Source: Balamuthia mandrillaris
Taxonomy: Eukaryota
DNA: 64,000 bases
NCBI GenBank assembly: GCA_031835245.2
Contig: JAVKOQ020000080.1
Location: 1 to 64,000 of the forward strand
Reading direction: 5' to 3'
The notes under the pieces were generated by a model. That model was given only the letters and a program-made list of their open reading frames with translations, was not told the DNA's origin and searched no databases. This document shows, one piece after another, positions 58,877 to 64,000 of the stretch (the stretch's first letter is position 1; the number at the start of each line of letters is the position of its first letter). Made by a program: the position numbers and the translations under genes.

Positions 58877-61453
58877 ATGAGTTCCACTGCAGGAGGACGG
58901 CCACGGGAGGGTGAGGTGGAGGGAGGAAGCGAGGGAGGGGAGCCTCGCTTCCTGTCGTGGGCCTCGGAGCCAGGCACCAGCAGCGACCACAGCGACTTTG
59001 AGGAGGAGGAAGGCTCTCCCACGGAGAGAGCCGCCACTGACGTGGCCTTTGGCGGTGCGGCTGACCTCTTGGACAATGAACAGTTGGAAGCCTCTCCAGG
59101 GAGCTCCGAGGAGGAGCCAAGCCCAGGGCAACGACCACCTTCTTCTCGCTCTTCGTTGATTGCTCCTCTCCTTCGCTCTCAAGGACGTTTTCTTGTTGGC
59201 AGCAGCAACGACGACCATCACCCGCACCAGGATGACAATGAGAACAAGGTACCTGGCCACCGTTGGCTGCCCAAACGCGTGTACGCTGCGTTGACTAGGG
59301 AGACAGCAGGAGGCAGCGTGGCCAAGAACTACTTGTGGGCCAGGGAGGTGCTGGGAGGCGGCCATGGTGGAGGAAATAAGAGAGCGATTGGCGCTCCTGG
59401 AAGAGGGAAGACGCGAACAAAGAACTCCTCCTGTGGTTCTTTCCTTTCAAGAGAGCAAGTGATACAACGGGTGGCTTTTGATAGGGTCTACAAAGAAGAA
59501 GAATTGAACGTGGCTTCACACAAGTAAGAACTCCTTTTTTATGTTTTTGACTTTTGCATTCATGCCTAACAGAGTACTTGTCATCTGCCCTGTTCTCATG
59601 CACAAGGTTCGACAAGGTAGGAATCTCTCACTCTCCTGCAGTGATTATCAAATATTTCATTATTTCTCATGTTGATACTGCAACAGATTTTTGCTAGCGC
59701 GTGGCTTGATGAAAATGTCGTTCTTTGTGGTACGAAATGTAACAAGCTGGTACGTCTTCAATTTTATCTCCTTGTTTATCCAGTGTTTAAACTATGCGTA
59801 CATTCATAGTTGGCGTGGCGTACGATGGAGAATAAGGTGTTGGAGATCCCAATTCCAGATGGTAATAATATTATCTCTTTCTCGCTTCTCCTCGTTCTCT
59901 TTCCCCTCCTGTCGCTTCTTCAATCTGTTCTTCTTTACTCTCATAACTCAAATACCGATGTCCTGGTGCAAAAGCTGGAAGTGCTCCGCTTGGAGATCAA
60001 TGCGGTATACATAGTATTAGTGTAAATGGTTCAGAGACATTGTTGGTTACTGGCGGTCGTTCCGCAGCAGGTATATTCTCCTTGTTCTCCTTCTCATGTT
60101 CTCTACGTTACTCACCACCAATTTAAACCAAGATGCTTGTGTGTTTCGTCTGCCGGATTTCACTCCGTTGATTATGTTGAAAGTAAGTTTCCTTGTTATT
60201 CCCGGTCCTATGGCTAATAACTTTATCTAACTGAATACTTTTTTCAACCAGGGACATACGGACTGGTAAGCAAATACGCGTAATGTGAGTACACTCGTAT
60301 GAGCTGACGGTTCTTGGCTAAAAGGATTTTTGCAACTGAGTTCGTGAGCGAAGAGTTGTTGCTTACAGCCTCAAGGGATTGTACAGTAAGCTTATGGTCC
60401 ACCAAGCAAGGAAGAGGATCTTCTTCTGCTCCGTTACCAATGCGCAAACCTTTGATAACAAGAAGGTTTGTTTTAATTCCTTTAAACTTTTAGATTATCT
60501 TTCTTTTACTGAAACTTAGCCTCCTTTAGAGAGCACTCACAAAAAGTTAGAGCACTAAAGGTAACTTTCTCTTTACACCTCTCTTTCCTCTCTCTCGAGC
60601 TGAAACGTATGCTTGATGTAACTAACGAGGAACTGCTACAAATAATAGTACAATAAAAACAAGCATACATTTGCGACTGCAGGCGCTGATGGACAAACCA
60701 AGATTTGGGATGCTCGAAACATGGACGTGGTACGACTCAATTCTTATCATTTTGGGATGCAATTTACGTCTCACAGTATTTTTGGCTTCACAATAAACAT
60801 ACAATCCGCAGATATCTAGCATTTCGCTAATAGACACCAACGAGGTTGTCTGTCTTGCTGTAGAACCTCGCCATGACCTCATTTGCGTTGGCTCACAACA
60901 ATTTGCAACTTTCATCGACGTGCGAGCTGGGAGCATTGTTCATCGGATTCCTTCTCAAGATGAAGATTGGGGCATTCGGTCGCTCGATTTTCAATGTGGC
61001 AGTCTACTTACAATTGGTACAAATGTTTAAGACTTTAAGTTTAACGCTCCCGTACCTAACACCACTATTTGAATAGGAGGTGGAATGGGACGACTGAGCT
61101 TTTATGACCTTGTTGCTGGAGCATACAGGAACAGAGGCGATAAACCTTACTTACAAACTGGCAATGGCTGGATGGTTCTCATCTTTCTCTTTCCCTGCCT
61201 TTCTGCCTCCGTTTCACTCTCTCCCTCCCTCTCTCTTTCCCTCTCCTCTTACTTCTTCTTTTGTTCTTGTTCTTCTTCATCTTGTTCTTCTTGCTCTCCC
61301 TCTTTGTGCCAACGACGTACTTCAAATCCAATAGTTGAAAGATGAAAGCTTTTATGCTCATTTTAGCGGCTTACAATTGTACCACGCGATTTATACCCAC
61401 TGTTATGACCCAACGAAAACCAAAATATTTATTGGCGGAGGCCCAATTATGGT

Positions 61454-61498
<45 letters not shown>

Positions 61499-61505
61499 CC
61501 TCCCT

Positions 61506-61537
<32 letters not shown>

Positions 61538-61645
61538 TTCCTAGTTAGTCTCTCTATAGAAACTTTTACTCCTTCTGCTAACACAATTTTTCCCAATTGC
61601 GCTCTTTAGCATGGTCTAAAAGGCAGTTATGCTGCCATCTGGTGA
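58877..61645 (+). CDS. DCAF12: DDB1- and CUL4-associated factor 12 (WD40)
   Basis: IFASAWLDENVVLCGTKCNKL, SRDCTVSLW, KVRAL, GIRSLDF, TIG|GGMGRL, AIYTHCYD, GGP...GLKGSYAAIW*. Confidence 0.92.
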
Positions 61646-61867
61646 GCTCCGTCGCAATGCTTGGTTCTTAGCATTCTTTTTGTTAGTCGTCGGACGGTTT
61701 TTCCTCTCTTTTGTTTTAGATTGTTAAATACTCTTATTTTTGTTTCTACGTAGAGGAATATTTGTCGATGGAATGTTGGTAGTGATAGCACTTCATAAAA
61801 GCTCAACTTTTATCTTTTTTGTGCTTCTTCTTCTTGTTGTTGTTCTTGTTCTTCTTCTTGTGCTTCT

Positions 61868-63676
61868 TCATCCCGAACAATATTCAAACATCCCGCCACC
61901 TGTCTCGTCTTCTGCTGTGTTGTTAAGAAATCGATACTTTTGCGCTAGCTCTTTCAAATCATTCAATCTCTTCGTTCTACCGGCAGCTTTTTCGTGCTCC
62001 ATGAACCCGCTCAGCTTTTTAGACCTGCAAACAACAACGCATGCATCACTACAATATAGGACCAACGCAAAACGACAGGCTCCACTCACCTCCATTCGTT
62101 TGCATTGGCGAACCTCTTTGCTTTCTCATTATCGCCGTTGGCATACGAAAAGATGGCCCAAAACGGATTGGAGAGTACTTCTCCTCCTAGTTAGAAACGC
62201 AGGTTAGTTTCGTTGGCCTCCATCATTTCTTTGTTAATCTTCTTCTCTTATGTTACGGGAAATAACTCGCGCTACTAACCAGACGAGAGGGCGGCGGCCT
62301 TATCTATCAGGTGATAGTAATGCATGGCCGTCAAGGCGTAACGACCGGAATGCTCCAACTGGTTCTCCTCGGGAGATGGCGGAGTAAGCTCTGGGGCAAC
62401 AGTGTATTGTTCCTTGTTGCGATCCAATGTGTTCCCTGGATAGAACTTGTACGTCATCGTTTCTTTTTGCACCTTTTGTTTAAACAAAATCTTAAGTATT
62501 ACCAAGAATCACACAAACAATGCACGCTGAAACAATCAAAAAAACAAAGGAACGTACGCGATACAGCGGAGCAGCTGAGATGAAATAAGAGTAGGCCACA
62601 TCCTCCAATTGGCTGAAGAAGGGCTGCTCCGGAAATCCCTCCACAAACTCATGGAAGGTACGATAGAGACATCGGTTGTGAGGGATTGTGTTTTCGATGA
62701 TTTGCTTCCATGTTGGATGAATGCCATCCAACTCGACGTTCACTCCTGTTTGGGCCTGGTTTGTTGTTGCTTGCAGGTTAGTATTCTCTTTTTCTATCAC
62801 TAGCAAAAAGTAAGCAACTTGTGAACAAAGAAGAAAGAAAGATGGAGAAGGGCGACATGCTACCACAACAATAACTGGATTATTGGTGAGTGCTTCCAAA
62901 CAAACAGAGACGTGATCCTCATGAAAGACATCATCCGCGTCCAGAAAGAAGATCACCTCCCCTTTGCTCCTCGTCACCCCCACGTTCCGGGCCGTCCCGC
63001 GAAAGAGGTGTTGGCGTGAGGACACCAACTTCCATTGAATGTGTTCTTTTGTATCCGTGTGTTGTTGATGATGAATGAAGGAGAGTACGCGCGCAACACT
63101 GTTGTCGGAGGAGGAGTCATCCACAATCACCACTTCTGCATTCGTTATCTATCAGTTATGCAGTTAGTTATGGCGATATATTAGTGTGCAGAGAGAATAC
63201 AGTACAAGTCTGATGGGAGAAACAGTATGTAGACTTTGTTGGGATTGGAAGAAATGTGAAATGCTCTGCTTGACGCTTCGCAGCGTGTTGACGATATAAG
63301 AGGCGGTGTTGCGGACGGGAATGACGACCACGAAGGAAGTTACCGGAAGCGAAGCGGTTTGAAGAAGCCGGTCCGGATACCAAATGGGCGCAGCGAAAGG
63401 GTTGTTGTTGTAGTTGACGCGCGAAGAAGAAGGAGGAAAAGAAGAAGAAGAAGAAGAAGCGGAAGAAGATGAGGAAGAGGTGCCCGAAAGAGAAGCAGAG
63501 GAGGATGAAGGAACGGGAGAGTTGGAGGTGGATGCTTTGCTTCGAGGAACAAGGACGAGCAAAAGCAGTGCGCCACAGAGGAGCAGGAGCGCAAACAGGC
63601 ACAAGGAAAGATGCTCCCAAGGAATCCCTCGTGCAGGCGCTCTCTCCCCACGCTGTTTATGCCTCCGGTTCCCCAT
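61868..63676 (-). CDS. GT2 paralogue 4 (type II membrane)
   Basis: TM segment, SFVVVIPVRN, VIVDDSSSD, TARNVG, FFLDADD, TIPHNRCLYR, YKFYPGNTLD, NPFWAIF. Confidence 0.85.
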
Positions 63677-63698
63677 CCCTCCCAGTTGGTCGAACCGG

Positions 63699-63758
63699 AG
63701 GACGTCCTCGGCATACGATAAAAGGATGTCCATTTTTATCGTATGCCGAGGACGTCCT
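63699..63758. repeat. Perfect 25-bp inverted repeat with a 10-nt loop
   Basis: AGGACGTCCTCGGCATACGATAAAA (63699-63723) pairs with TTTTATCGTATGCCGAGGACGTCCT (63734-63758). Confidence 0.95.
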
Positions 63759-63892
63759 GGGGATATAAGCTAATATAGGGTCAGCCCCATATATAAACCC
63801 TAACCTTGATTTCCATCACCAAAAAAAGAGGGTGCTTCCCACCGCCTTTTCGCCGATCAACAAGGAGCAATCTCGTGGCCAGCCCCTTGACT
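63749..63892 (+). repeat. Dispersed 144-bp element A (copy 2)
   Basis: 143/144 identical to the reverse complement of 41107-41250. Confidence 0.92.
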
Positions 63893-64000
63893 AAGGCGGC
63901 GCAAAGATCATAAGATCTAAGGACAACGAAAATAGAAATCACGACATTAGTCTTTTGGGCCAATGAGCATGTTTCCCGCCAAAACAACCCTTCCTTCTCC
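63891..64000 (+). mobile_element. Element B copy abutting element A and running off the window end
   Basis: 109/110 identical to 26726-26835; begins with the terminus CTAAGGCGGCG. Confidence 0.78.

Overview
Compact, intron-rich eukaryotic DNA with short GT-AG introns (mostly ~60-150 nt) that often contain (CT)n/(GA)n microsatellites. An amoebozoan protist such as Acanthamoeba or Balamuthia is my inference from gene content and architecture, not a demonstrated fact. I can support about 26 protein-coding genes: TPP2 (5' end outside the window), ACMSD, ARL1, a double DH-PH RhoGEF, PICH/ERCC6L, an ATF6-like membrane-tethered bZIP, a NADAR-PARP1-like fusion, a small SH3 gene, an M49 peptidase, an ABHD hydrolase, four GT2 paralogues, OsmC, GT49, an ankyrin/BTB protein, a hidden three-exon CENP-W-like gene, FBXO21-like, PITP, ABCB6/ATM1-like, an ependymin-like protein, DCAF12 and three poorly characterised proteins. 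There is also one initiator tRNA-Met and a family of short inverted-repeat elements with a shared terminus, CTAAGGCGGCGCAAAGATCATAAGATC. The best leads are: (1) a NADAR ADP-ribose eraser-family domain in the same exon as the zinc finger of a catalytically intact PARP; (2) the CENP-W-like gene that the ORF track does not show as a unit; (3) a 38-bp element with terminal inverted repeats and a perfect target-site duplication, plus longer relatives that carry CCAAT and E2F-type motifs; (4) birth and decay of the GT2 family, including one in-frame internally deleted copy; (5) a candidate GTCGAC promoter motif. Exon boundaries were read by eye. Homology calls come from remembered family motifs, not from database searches.
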